Under the pieces are notes generated by a model. The model did not search any database. It saw only the letters and a list, made by a program, of their open reading frames with translations, and was not told the origin of the DNA. A stretch of 10,917 nucleotides of DNA from Octopus sinensis (taxonomy: Eukaryota), in NCBI RefSeq assembly GCF_006345805.1, contig NW_021827204.1, positions 1 through 10,917 on the forward strand, read 5' to 3'. The translations under genes were made by a program, and so were the position numbers. Every line of letters begins with the position of its first letter. Within the stretch, counting starts at the first letter, position 1. Shown here piece after piece: positions 1 through 8,255 of this stretch.

Positions 1-86
1 TCTGCTTCTCATTTCCTTTACATTTTTCTCAATGCTATTTGATATTGTCCCCAGGGCCTCAACATTAATCAGCATTATTTTTTATC

Positions 87-87
<1 letters not shown>

Positions 88-165
<78 letters not shown>
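88..165. repeat. (TTA)n microsatellite, tail/target of the adjacent Dong/R4 copy
   Basis: Near-perfect TTA array directly abutting the element's 3' end (minus strand). Confidence 0.97.
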
Positions 166-168
<3 letters not shown>

Positions 169-539
169 GTTTGACTTTTGCTTTACATTTGTACAAGTTG
201 GCTCCAAGTCTCAACCAGAGACCTCAAGAGACAACAAGCTGGAAGTCCATGTTGGTGTTATGCCTAGGGTGCCATATATTTGGTTTTGTACATAGTGTTG
301 TTCTAGAGTATGTTTAAGAAACCATAAGAAAAAACCCCTTGTTTTAAAACTTGAGATTACATAGAAAGTATTTTACGTAGGATATGAGCAGTTCCAATGA
401 GAACTATCTTTTGAATTTCTGCCATTTTAAAGTTTCCTGGTATCTGAGCTAGGTAGCAATCAGCCCCTTTTGCTCTCATTCCCAGGGCACCTATGACAAC
501 AGGTATTGTTTTAGTCTTCAGGTTCCACATTTTGCTAAT
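166..539 (-). mobile_element. 5'-truncated R4/Dong-like non-LTR retrotransposon: ORF C-terminus plus ~190-nt 3' UTR
   Basis: Minus strand 539->357 reads ISKMWNLKTKTIPVVIGALGMRAKGADCYLAQIPGNFKMAEIQKIVLIGTAHILRKILSM*, the typical post-RLE tail of R4/Dong ORFs (MW..PxVIGALG..IQK..GTAHILR). The 3' UTR recurs three more times in the window, and (TAA)n lies on both sides. Confidence 0.85.
357..539 (-). pseudogene. C-terminal 60-codon fragment of an RLE-type retrotransposon ORF
   Basis: Uninterrupted frame ending in TAA at 357-359. The apparent start (MIIIII) lies in the microsatellite and is not genuine. Confidence 0.8.
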
Positions 540-732
540 TATTATTATTATCATATTATTATTATTAGTATTATTATATTATTATTATTATTATTATTAT
601 TATTTATTATTATCATCATCATTATTATTATTTATTATTATTATCATCATCATTATGTATTATTATTATCATTATTATTATTATTATTATTATTATCATT
701 ATTATTATTATTTCTTATTATTATTATGATTA

Positions 733-764
<32 letters not shown>

Positions 765-771
765 TTATTAT

Positions 772-829
<58 letters not shown>

Positions 830-868
830 ATATATTATCATTATCATTATAATTATTATTATTATTAT
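540..868. repeat. Interrupted (ATT)n/(ATC)n array with an inverted (AAT)14 island at 775-816
   Basis: Direct reading. Confidence 0.95.
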
Positions 869-1230
869 TTTTCTTTTTCTTTATTTTTCTGTCACTCTCT
901 TCGGCGCTAAAAGACATTGACGAAAACAGATAATTTTTTTTTCACATAACAACAATAGCAGCAAGAACAAGAACAACAACGATATCAACGAAACAAAAGT
1001 GAATCAAGGAAACATTTTCAAGTTGTTTTAAACCCTTAAAAAATCAGAAAAAAAAAATGAAAATTTCTCAAAGAAAAAAAGTAACAAAAGAAACCTTTAA
1101 CAATCGATATTACAGTATCCCTTCGCGGGATTGACGCAGTCGGTTGAGTGACGAACAATATGTCTCGTGGGATTTCCTCTGGATCTCTACATTCTGTGAT
1201 CGACCCCCCCCCCACCAAAAAAAAATTTTG

Positions 1231-1301
1231 TTTTGCCTTTCATTTCTCCGGGGTTCATAAAATAAAGTACCAGTCATATAATGCGGATAATATACTCGAC
1301 T
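1231..1301 (+). mobile_element. SINE family B, internal fragment
   Basis: TTTGCCTTTCAT..GGGGTT.ATAAAATAAAGTACCAGT matches the body of the 3849 copy. Confidence 0.65.
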
Positions 1302-1330
1302 GTCCCTTTTTCTTTCTAGTTTTTGCTGTT

Positions 1331-1503
1331 ATGCCTTAGCATTCCGTCCGTCTTCACGTTCTGAGTTCAAATTCCGCGGGGGTCGACTTTGCCTTTCATC
1401 CTTTCTCGGTGTCGATAAAATAAGTACCAGTTGAACACTGGGGTCGATATAATCGACTAGCTCCCTCATCTTAAATTACTGGCATTGTGCCAAAATTTGA
1501 AAC

Positions 1504-1505
<2 letters not shown>
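1331..1505 (+). mobile_element. SINE family B, 5'-truncated
   Basis: B-box-like GAGTTCAAATTCC, body GTCGACTTTGCCTTTCATCCTTTC..GATAAAATAAGTACCAG, end GGCATTGTGCCAAAATTTGAAACC followed by (ATT)n. Confidence 0.9.
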
Positions 1506-1537
<32 letters not shown>

Positions 1538-1557
1538 TATTATTATTATTATTATTA
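1506..1557. repeat. (ATT)n SINE tail
   Basis: Direct reading. Confidence 0.95.
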
Positions 1558-1779
1558 CTTTGACATGGGCTAGATAACAAACATCACTCAAGCGACAACC
1601 AGTCACTTAGGGCAGACATTTTAAGATAATGCTGTTTTCTAACTTCCGGTCTTGTTAGCTTTTCCTCTTTGGCTCAAATAATAACGGTGAAGAATAAAAA
1701 GGTTTTCAAAATTTAGGTCAAAACAAGAACTTACGAAGAGTGTGAACCACGTAATCATTTCTCTGAATTTCGCATATAC

Positions 1780-1790
1780 TATCATCATCG

Positions 1791-1824
<34 letters not shown>

Positions 1825-1929
1825 ATCATCACATCATCATCATCATCATCATCATAACCATCATAACTATCATCATCATCATCACCAAAACCACCTCCAC
1901 CACCGTCACCACCACCACCACCATCATCG

Positions 1930-2025
<96 letters not shown>
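1780..2025. repeat. Compound (CAT)n-(CAC)n-(CAT)n-(TAT)n microsatellite
   Basis: Direct reading; source of the spurious poly-His/poly-Asp ORFs. Confidence 0.95.
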
Positions 2026-2026
<1 letters not shown>

Positions 2027-2250
2027 GGCAGTGGAGTGGCAGAATCGAAAGAGCGTCGGACAAAACGACTCTTAGTCTTTTTTTCTGTCTTTACATTGTG
2101 AGTTCGAATCCTTCGGAAGTCAGCTGGTCTTTATCTCTTTTCGAAGTCTGTCGATGAAATGAAGTACCAATCAAGTACTGGGGGGACCGATGGCCTCCAC
2201 TAAACCCGTCCAAACTAAAACTGTGGGCATTGTGCCAAAAGCCGAAACAT
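2027..2250 (+). mobile_element. SINE family B, full-length, diverged
   Basis: Head GGCAGTGGAGTGGCAGAATCG, GAGTTCGAATCC B-box, end GGCATTGTGCCAAAAGCCGAAAC. Confidence 0.8.
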
Positions 2251-2340
2251 TTTTTACCGCACTATTTTTTTTGTTTGCTGTATTTCGTCTTTTGACGCGA
2301 TCCTCAATGTCTTGGAATCTTGCGGACAATAAAAGGAATT

Positions 2341-2360
2341 GTCACCACCACCACCACTAC

Positions 2361-2392
<32 letters not shown>

Positions 2393-2404
2393 CCATCAGC
2401 ATCA
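2341..2404. repeat. (CAC)n-(CAT)n microsatellite
   Basis: Direct reading. Confidence 0.93.
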
Positions 2405-2413
2405 ATATTGTTA

Positions 2414-2500
2414 GATAAAATGCGCACCAATTAAACACTAGGGTCGATGGGATCAACTTCTCCACCCTAAAAATTTGTTAGCGTTGTGCCAAAATAAGGA
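2414..2500 (+). mobile_element. SINE family B, 3' fragment
   Basis: GATAAAA..ACCAATTAAACACTAGGGTCGATG..GCGTTGTGCCAAAAT followed by (ATT)n. Confidence 0.7.
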
Positions 2501-2502
2501 AG

Positions 2503-2563
2503 GACTATTATTTTATTGCTATTATTATTATTATTATTGAGTGAGAGAGAAGTTCATGCCATC

Positions 2564-2602
<39 letters not shown>

Positions 2603-2660
2603 CATTATTATTATTATCATTATTGTCATTATTATTATTATTATTATTAATAATAATAAT
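2503..2660. repeat. (TTA)n array, interrupted at ~2540-2563, ending in (AAT)4
   Basis: Direct reading. Confidence 0.93.
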
Positions 2661-2817
2661 CACACATATACATGTACATTCATATGTATATTCATTTATA
2701 AATGTGTGACGGGTGACGTAGCATCGCTTATGCAACTAACGCAGATTTCGAAACAGCTGTTAACTAATGGAATAAATTATATATTCTGTCACTTCACTTC
2801 TCTTATCTGTTGAAGTG

Positions 2818-2825
<8 letters not shown>

Positions 2826-2854
<29 letters not shown>

Positions 2855-2940
2855 GATATATATAATATATATCTATATATATATATATATATCTATATAT
2901 ATATATATATATATCTATGTATATATGTATATATATATAT
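2826..2940. repeat. (AC)n-(AT)n dinucleotide array with 20-bp higher-order units
   Basis: ATCTATATATATATATATAT occurs at 2871 and 2891. Confidence 0.93.
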
Positions 2941-2950
2941 AATATAAAAA

Positions 2951-3198
2951 TTATGCGCCCTTTTAAAGCCTAGCCAGGCTCATGGGCCCGGTTCCCAGTT
3001 TCTATGGCGTAGGTGTTCCCCAGCGGACGGGACGCCAGTCCATCGCAGCGTTACTCATTTTTGCCAGCTGATTGGACTGGAGCAACGTGAAATGAAGTGT
3101 TTTGCTCAAGAACACAACGCGTCGCCCGGTCCAGGAATCGAAACCATAATCCTACGATCATCATGCTGACCGCCCTAACCACTAAGCTACGGACTTCC
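2951..3198 (-). mobile_element. tRNA-derived SINE family C, approximately full-length
   Basis: Minus-strand A box TAGCTTAGTGG (3179-3189), B box GGTTTCGATTCC (3134-3145), then TTGTGTTCTTGAGCAAAACACTT, which resembles the conserved central domain of invertebrate SINEs. Confidence 0.88.
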
Positions 3199-3288
3199 AC
3201 ACACACACACCACACACACATATATATATATTATATATATATATATATATACTATATATATATATGTGTGTGTGTGGTGTGTGTGTGT
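3199..3288. repeat. (AC)n-(AT)n-(GT)n quasi-palindrome
   Basis: Arms are reverse complements of each other, including mirrored interruptions. Confidence 0.9.
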
Positions 3289-3517
3289 AAAGAAAATGAG
3301 ATGACAAAGGAAAAAGCTATTAGGTTATGGTCCCCTTTAACTGGTCCTTGGCACTAAGTATAACCTGGGATATGTGCTGCCCTCTAATTGCCCTCCAATT
3401 TTCTAATTTAAGCCCCGTGTTCTAAACTATTTGTGGAGCTGATGTTATCAATTAACTCTGCGCCCTAAACCGTTAGCCTTTATGTTTAAATTTTAGTTAA
3501 AACCCCGTTGAAATTAG

Positions 3518-3597
3518 TTTTATCTTTCAGCTTTTCGAACCTGGTGTTAATGATATCGACTCACGCCTTCCCTCAAAATTCCTAGCCTTGTGACTAC
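3518..3597 (+). mobile_element. SINE family B, degenerate 3' fragment with (ATT)n tail at 3598-3646
   Basis: GATATCGACTCACGCCTTCCCTCAAAATTCCTAGCCTTGTG matches the family 3' end. Confidence 0.65.
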
Positions 3598-3601
3598 ATT
3601 A

Positions 3602-3634
<33 letters not shown>

Positions 3635-3647
3635 TATTATATTATTC

Positions 3648-3800
3648 TATATTTGAGTTTTGCTTTATATTTGTACAAGTTGGCTCCAAATCTCACCCAG
3701 AGACCTCGAGAGACAACAGGTTGGAAGTTCGTGTTGTTATACCTAGTGTGCCATATATTTGGTTTTGTATTTAGTGTTGTACTAATGAATGTCTAAAAAA
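3648..3800 (-). mobile_element. Dong/R4 3' UTR-only copy
   Basis: Aligns closely by eye to 166-325 (TTGTACAAGTTGGCTCCAA.TCTCA.CCAGAGACCTC.AGAGACAACA). Confidence 0.85.
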
Positions 3801-3848
3801 AAATATAAAATAAAAAATTATTATTATTATTATCATCGTTATCACCAA

Positions 3849-4061
3849 GGCGGCGAGCTGGCAGACTCGTTAGCACACTGGATGAAATTCTTATCGGCAT
3901 TTCGCCCGTCGCTACGTTCTGAGTTCAAATTCCGTCGAGGTCGAATTTGCCTTTCATCCTTTCGAGATCGATAAATTAAGTACCAGTGAAACACTGGGGT
4001 CGATGCAAACGACTATTCACTCTCCACAACAATTTTAAGCCTTGTGCTTTCAGTAAAAAGG

Positions 4062-4062
<1 letters not shown>
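3849..4062 (+). mobile_element. SINE family B, full-length
   Basis: GGCGGCGAGCTGGCAGACTCGTTAGCAC head, GAGTTCAAATTCC, complete body; (TTA)n on both sides. Confidence 0.92.
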
Positions 4063-4127
<65 letters not shown>

Positions 4128-4148
4128 TTATTATTGTTATTGTTATTG

Positions 4149-4189
<41 letters not shown>

Positions 4190-4190
4190 C

Positions 4191-4229
<39 letters not shown>

Positions 4230-4241
4230 CATTATTGTTAT
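4063..4241. repeat. (ATT)n array shared by the SINE tail and the Dong copy
   Basis: Direct reading. Confidence 0.96.
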
Positions 4242-4367
4242 TCAAGAGACAAGTTGGAAGTTCATGTTGATGTTATGCCTAGAGTGCCATATATTTGGAT
4301 TTGTACATAGTGTTGTTCTAGAGAATGTTTAAGAAACCATAAGAAAATTATGTTTGTTTCAAAATTT
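4242..4367 (-). mobile_element. Dong/R4 3' UTR copy lacking its terminal ~55-60 nt
   Basis: Matches ~223-350 of the first copy; followed by (TTA)n at 4366-4418. Confidence 0.85.
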
Positions 4368-4377
4368 ATTATTATTA

Positions 4378-4418
<41 letters not shown>

Positions 4419-4684
4419 TACTTTTAATCTACCTGTTTCTTAGTCACTCACCGAGACATACCAAGCGTCCTATGGCAATTAAGGGATAAGAGATGTTACA
4501 GTATGACTGAAAGCTTGGGGAGGGGAAGAGGTAGGGATAGTAGCAAAATGTCATTGAAATTAATAAGGTTTTTCTAAGGATGTGGGCAGTACATGTCAGC
4601 GCAATCTTTTAAACTTCTCTGAGACGTGGTTCTCCTGGGATATTATCTAGATGTTTCTAACAACCCTTTCTTTCGTTTCCTTTC

Positions 4685-4746
<62 letters not shown>

Positions 4747-4783
4747 ATCATTATTATTATATTATTATTGTCATTATTATTAT
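4685..4783. repeat. (ATT)n microsatellite
   Basis: Direct reading. Confidence 0.95.
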
Positions 4784-4791
4784 TTTTACAT

Positions 4792-4898
4792 ATATGGCTT
4801 CTGTTTTGTATTTATACAAATTAACGCCAAGTCTCATCCAGAGACCCCAAGAAACAAGTTAAAAGTTTAAGTTAGTATTATGGCTAGAGTACCTTATT
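4792..4898 (-). mobile_element. Old Dong/R4 3' UTR remnant
   Basis: CCAAGTCTCATCCAGAGACCCCAAGAAACAAGTT matches the other copies. Confidence 0.7.
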
Positions 4899-5560
4899 GT
4901 TGTTGTTGCTGTGGTTATTGTTGCTATTATTATTATCTTATTTTGAACCGCACCTCCTCTTTCAGCTTAACGCATGCGTATCAGTGTTTAATGTGGAATT
5001 ATGTTTGTATACAATGTATATTTCATTTTGTTGTGGAATTTTTGTTGCGATTTTTTGTTATGTTAGTGTTCATATGTTGTGTTGAGGCTGTGCCACAGCA
5101 GTCGTAACATTTTGTTGTCTGGTGTCTACATAGATCATATGCCGTGTGAGGCGTGATATGTGTTTCAGTGTTGGGCTTTTGCAGTGCAGGGTAACGTCAC
5201 CCTCGGAAAACCCTTAAAATACATTTCGCGGTTCGGAGAACCCCTTCATAACAGCTATAATATATCTTGACTGTTCCTTTCCTTTATCTAAGATAAATTC
5301 CGGAAGAGATTGAACAAACGCTAAAACTGATTTTTAAAATGTTTGCTGAACTCAAGAAAAATGTTTTAAAACTTTTGATTGAAGCCTTGTTTAGATTAAA
5401 TTTCTTAACACTCCACTATTTAGAAGTCGATTTTTCCGCGGGACCCGTTTTGTATCTACAGACGCAAGGATATCAAATATACAGGTGTGCACGATAAAAC
5501 CCTGCACATTAATTTGCATATAAATAGTATTTGTCTCATTATTTTCTTCTGAATTTACAG

Positions 5561-5639
5561 CGACCCACCGCGCTCTCCCCTTCCCCAGGTGCTTCCAGGG
5601 TACTCTGATTAGGAAATGCTGCTGTCGAGTCTGTGCCGT
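5561..5639 (+). CDS. Candidate internal exon, unknown Cys-rich segment (THRALPFPRCFQGTLIRKCCCRVCA); alternative acceptor at 5589
   Basis: GC-rich island; acceptor TTTTCTTCTGAATTTACAG|; second acceptor CTCTCCCCTTCCCCAG|; donor CGT|GTGAGT at 5640; only one of three frames is open across it. Confidence 0.45.
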
Positions 5640-5729
5640 GTGAGTTATATTACATTGTCAGGTAATGAGTGCTCAGAATAGAATCTGTTGATAGAATGTG
5701 TTATAGTACTGGTTGAGCCAGTATAAGAG

Positions 5730-5842
5730 TATATACATTATTTATATTATTTACATTTGACGGATATTTGTCCTTATCTTGTTGTTAACACAACGTTTCG
5801 TCGAATATCCGTCAAATGTAAATAATGTCAATAATGTACATA
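5730..5842. repeat. Inverted repeat (39-bp arms, 23-bp perfect core, 35-nt spacer), possibly a Penelope-like element junction
   Basis: ATTATTTACATTTGACGGATATT (5746-5768) vs AATATCCGTCAAATGTAAATAAT (5804-5826); spacer contains ACAACGTTTCG. Confidence 0.85.
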
Positions 5843-5909
5843 ATTCCTCATCTCTTAACTATAGACTTGATTAAGAATATATATTACGTTGTTTTATTGG
5901 TTATTGATT

Positions 5910-5955
5910 GTCTAAAGCAGGCGTAGGCAACCCTTTTCAAAAAGTGGGCCGCATG
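5910..5955 (+). mobile_element. Orphan hAT/Charlie-like transposon end
   Basis: GTCTAAAG (resembles the NTCTAGAN target consensus) followed by CAGGCGTAGGCAACCC; no partner TIR seen. Confidence 0.5.
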
Positions 5956-6209
5956 AGCCATGGCTTATCATCAAGGTAATTTTTCGCTAGACGTGCCTTC
6001 AGAAAGTTTGTCTATGATTGGTCTCAAGTGTGTGCTGCTTGGAAAATAGCATTTGATTAGGGTTCCAGAGAGTAAAGCTCTGACCTCACTAAAGCGCCGC
6101 ACTAAAACCTTAATAATATTCAGTGGTTTAATAATATTCGTGTTTATTTTACTTAAATATGTATCCATTCATCCATCGACCCTTTCCCTTAATTTTTTCT
6201 AAACCCGCT

Positions 6210-6346
6210 ATTTTGGGGATGGTCGTGGAGATACTATTCTTAAGCATCTCTCCCAAAGCCAAAGTTGACTTCGGCGGAATTTGAACTCAGAACGTACCGA
6301 CGGTGAAATACCGTCCAGAGTGCTAACGATTCTGCAGCTCGCGCCC
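6210..6346 (-). mobile_element. SINE family B, 5' half with internal deletions
   Basis: GGAATTTGAACTCAGAACGTA..GTGCTAACGATTCTGCAGCTCGC is the reverse complement of the head and B box. Confidence 0.8.
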
Positions 6347-6347
6347 T

Positions 6348-6348
<1 letters not shown>

Positions 6349-6403
<55 letters not shown>

Positions 6404-6420
6404 TGATAATAATAATAATG

Positions 6421-6456
<36 letters not shown>

Positions 6457-6509
6457 TAATAATAATATTAATAATAATAATATCATAATAATAATAATAT
6501 AATAATAAA

Positions 6510-6542
<33 letters not shown>

Positions 6543-6580
6543 TACTAATAATATAAGCAACAACAACGATGATTAATAAT
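6349..6580. repeat. (AAT)n microsatellite
   Basis: Direct reading. Confidence 0.96.
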
Positions 6581-6760
6581 TTAGGTAGAAGACCAGCAAT
6601 TTTGAAGGAAGGGGTAAAGTTGTTACTCTCGACCCCAGTACTTGATCGGGACTTTATTTTATCCGAAGCAGTGAACCGAAGGGCACAATTTGAGCCCAGA
6701 ATATAGAAGGTCCGACCAAATGTCGCAAAGCATTTTATCCGATGCGCTAACGATTCCGCA
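6581..6760 (-). mobile_element. SINE family B, diverged
   Basis: TCGACCCCAGTACTTG, AATTTGAGCCCAGAA, GCATTTTATCCGATGCGCTAACGATTC. Confidence 0.75.
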
Positions 6761-6761
6761 A

Positions 6762-7153
6762 GACAATTATAAACGGCCCGATATTGTTGTGGAGCGTAGG
6801 CAGGATAATAAGTTTCTCCTAATCAAATTCAATAACCGATAATGCATCCCAAAAGAAAATGGAGAAATTATCCAAATCTAAAGTGGAATGGGTATGAATG
6901 TGTGTGGAGAGTAGGGGTAAAAAATTTTTTAAATGGCCTCTATAATTATCGGAATATCTTAGTAAATAACATGTAAAATACACAACCGAACTCCAGGGAT
7001 TTATTTACCCTCATACACAAGACAACGAGCAGGTAGTGACCACACAATAGGACTGTTAATACAAGAGAAGGTACAAAAACACAGTCAAACATCACCGCAC
7101 ATAAACCGAGGCAGACAAAACTGGTCTTGGTAGTGGAGCGAAAGCACGACTGA
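6762..7153 (+). mobile_element. Degenerate 5'-truncated R4/Dong-like retrotransposon covering the RLE domain, ORF end and 3' UTR
   Basis: 6774: RPDIVVERRQDNKFLLI; after a frameshift at ~6835: TDNASQKKMEKLSK; later IIIG and GSDHTI (compare GTAHIL); ends at (AAT)n. Not in the supplied ORF track. Confidence 0.65.
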
Positions 7154-7221
<68 letters not shown>

Positions 7222-7248
7222 TAATAATAATAATAATAATAATAATAA
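7154..7248. repeat. (AAT)n microsatellite
   Basis: Direct reading. Confidence 0.97.
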
Positions 7249-7399
7249 TTAAAAAAAAATGAACGAACTATTGAGTTTGGTTTAATGGCCTACCAATGTA
7301 TACTATGAATTTCTTTGCCCTAGGAGTCGGGAAGACACTCGGCAAGAAATGGAAGCAAATTTGAAAGAAAAAAAAAGTAACAATAATATTAATAATGAG

Positions 7400-7548
7400 A
7401 ATAAACTCAAAAAGATCTGCATTCTAAGAACAGACCACCTACTCAGAATAGTACCTTCCATGAAATAGTTACACAACTCACCTTTTGAGAATCTACGGCC
7501 ATAGATTCAATCGTGGGCCTATAAAGAAGAAACAGCAGGAATAGAAAC
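7400..7548 (+). mobile_element. Short R4/Dong-like ORF terminus with a distinct 3' UTR
   Basis: 7409-7468 reads KKICILRTDHLLRIVPSMK*, compared with QKIVLIGTAHILRKILSM* in the first copy. Confidence 0.55.
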
Positions 7549-7600
7549 AATAATAATAACGATAATGCTGCTGGTGCTGGTGATGATGATGATGATGATT

Positions 7601-7632
<32 letters not shown>

Positions 7633-7700
7633 GATGATTATGATGATGATGATGATGATGAAGATGAGGATGATGACGATGACGACGATGATGATAATAA
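7549..7700. repeat. (AAT)/(GCT)/(GAT)n compound microsatellite
   Basis: Direct reading; source of the poly-Met ORF. Confidence 0.93.
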
Positions 7701-7828
7701 GATTCAAGTTTGGGCACATTGCCAGCAATTTGAGGGGGTGGTTGGAATCGATCACTTCAGCCGTAGTAATCAGCTGGTACTTTATTCTATCGAACCCCCG
7801 GGATTTGAACTCAGAACATAGAGCCAGA
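7701..7828 (-). mobile_element. SINE family B, internally deleted
   Basis: TTCAAGTTTGGGCACATTGCCAGCAATTT..GGTACTTTATTCTATCGA..GGATTTGAACTCAGAAC. Confidence 0.75.
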
Positions 7829-7831
7829 ATA

Positions 7832-7865
<34 letters not shown>

Positions 7866-7871
7866 GTAATT

Positions 7872-7932
<61 letters not shown>

Positions 7933-7968
7933 CAGTAGCAGTAGTGTGATGATGATGATGATGATGAC

Positions 7969-8019
<51 letters not shown>
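7829..8019. repeat. (AAT)n-(AGT)n-(GAT)n-(AAT)n compound microsatellite
   Basis: Direct reading. Confidence 0.95.
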
Positions 8020-8021
<2 letters not shown>

Positions 8022-8029
8022 TCCCTCCT

Positions 8030-8228
8030 ACTCAAGGCATCAGGCCTGAAATTTTGGGCGAGGTGACTAGTCGACCCCAGTATTTCATTGGTATTTAATT
8101 CATCGACCATAAACGCATGAAAGCAAAGTCAACCTCGGTGGAATTTGAAATCAGAACGTAAAGACAGATGTAATAGCGCTAAGCATTTTTTCCGCCGGCG
8201 TGCTAACGATTCTGCCAGCTCGCTGCCT
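8030..8228 (-). mobile_element. SINE family B, full-length, variant 3' end
   Basis: Head reverse complement GTGCTAACGATTCTGCCAGCTCGCTGCC. Confidence 0.9.
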
Positions 8229-8255
8229 CAGGATGTTTTGAGCACTTGATAGACT

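Noticed and set aside
1036-1339. ORFs 1036-1218 (-) and 1148-1339 (+)
   Set aside because: They are short, run into SINE fragments or A-tracts, and lack convincing splice sites or motifs.
2540-2563. GAGAGAAGTTCATG insert within a TTA array, resembling the Dong UTR
   Set aside because: Only about 10 matching bases, so it cannot be distinguished from chance.
4044-4310. Recurring peptide RDKLEVHV.VMPRVPYIW.CT, also in ORF 32-295
   Set aside because: It is an antisense translation of the Dong 3' UTR, not a protein family.
4452-4506. Minus-strand mini-exon (TTTCAG|..|GTGAGT) reading SYCNISYPLIAIGRLVCL
   Set aside because: Splice signals are plausible, but there is no recognisable peptide or partner exon, and it is on the opposite strand to the better candidates. 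It is not excluded without RNA data.
5185-5510. hAT-like (GGTTCGGAGAACCCC, TTCCGCGGGACCC) and Tc1-like (TACAGGTGTGCACG) short motifs
   Set aside because: Too short and unpaired, with no TIR or TSD pair found.
5707-5723. Small hairpin TACTGG-TTGAG-CCAGTA as a Helitron end
   Set aside because: A 6-bp stem with no downstream CTRR at the expected spacing; common by chance.
5971-6168. Minus-strand 65-aa ORF as a possible hAT transposase fragment
   Set aside because: No BED finger, DDE or hAT dimerisation motif is recognisable.
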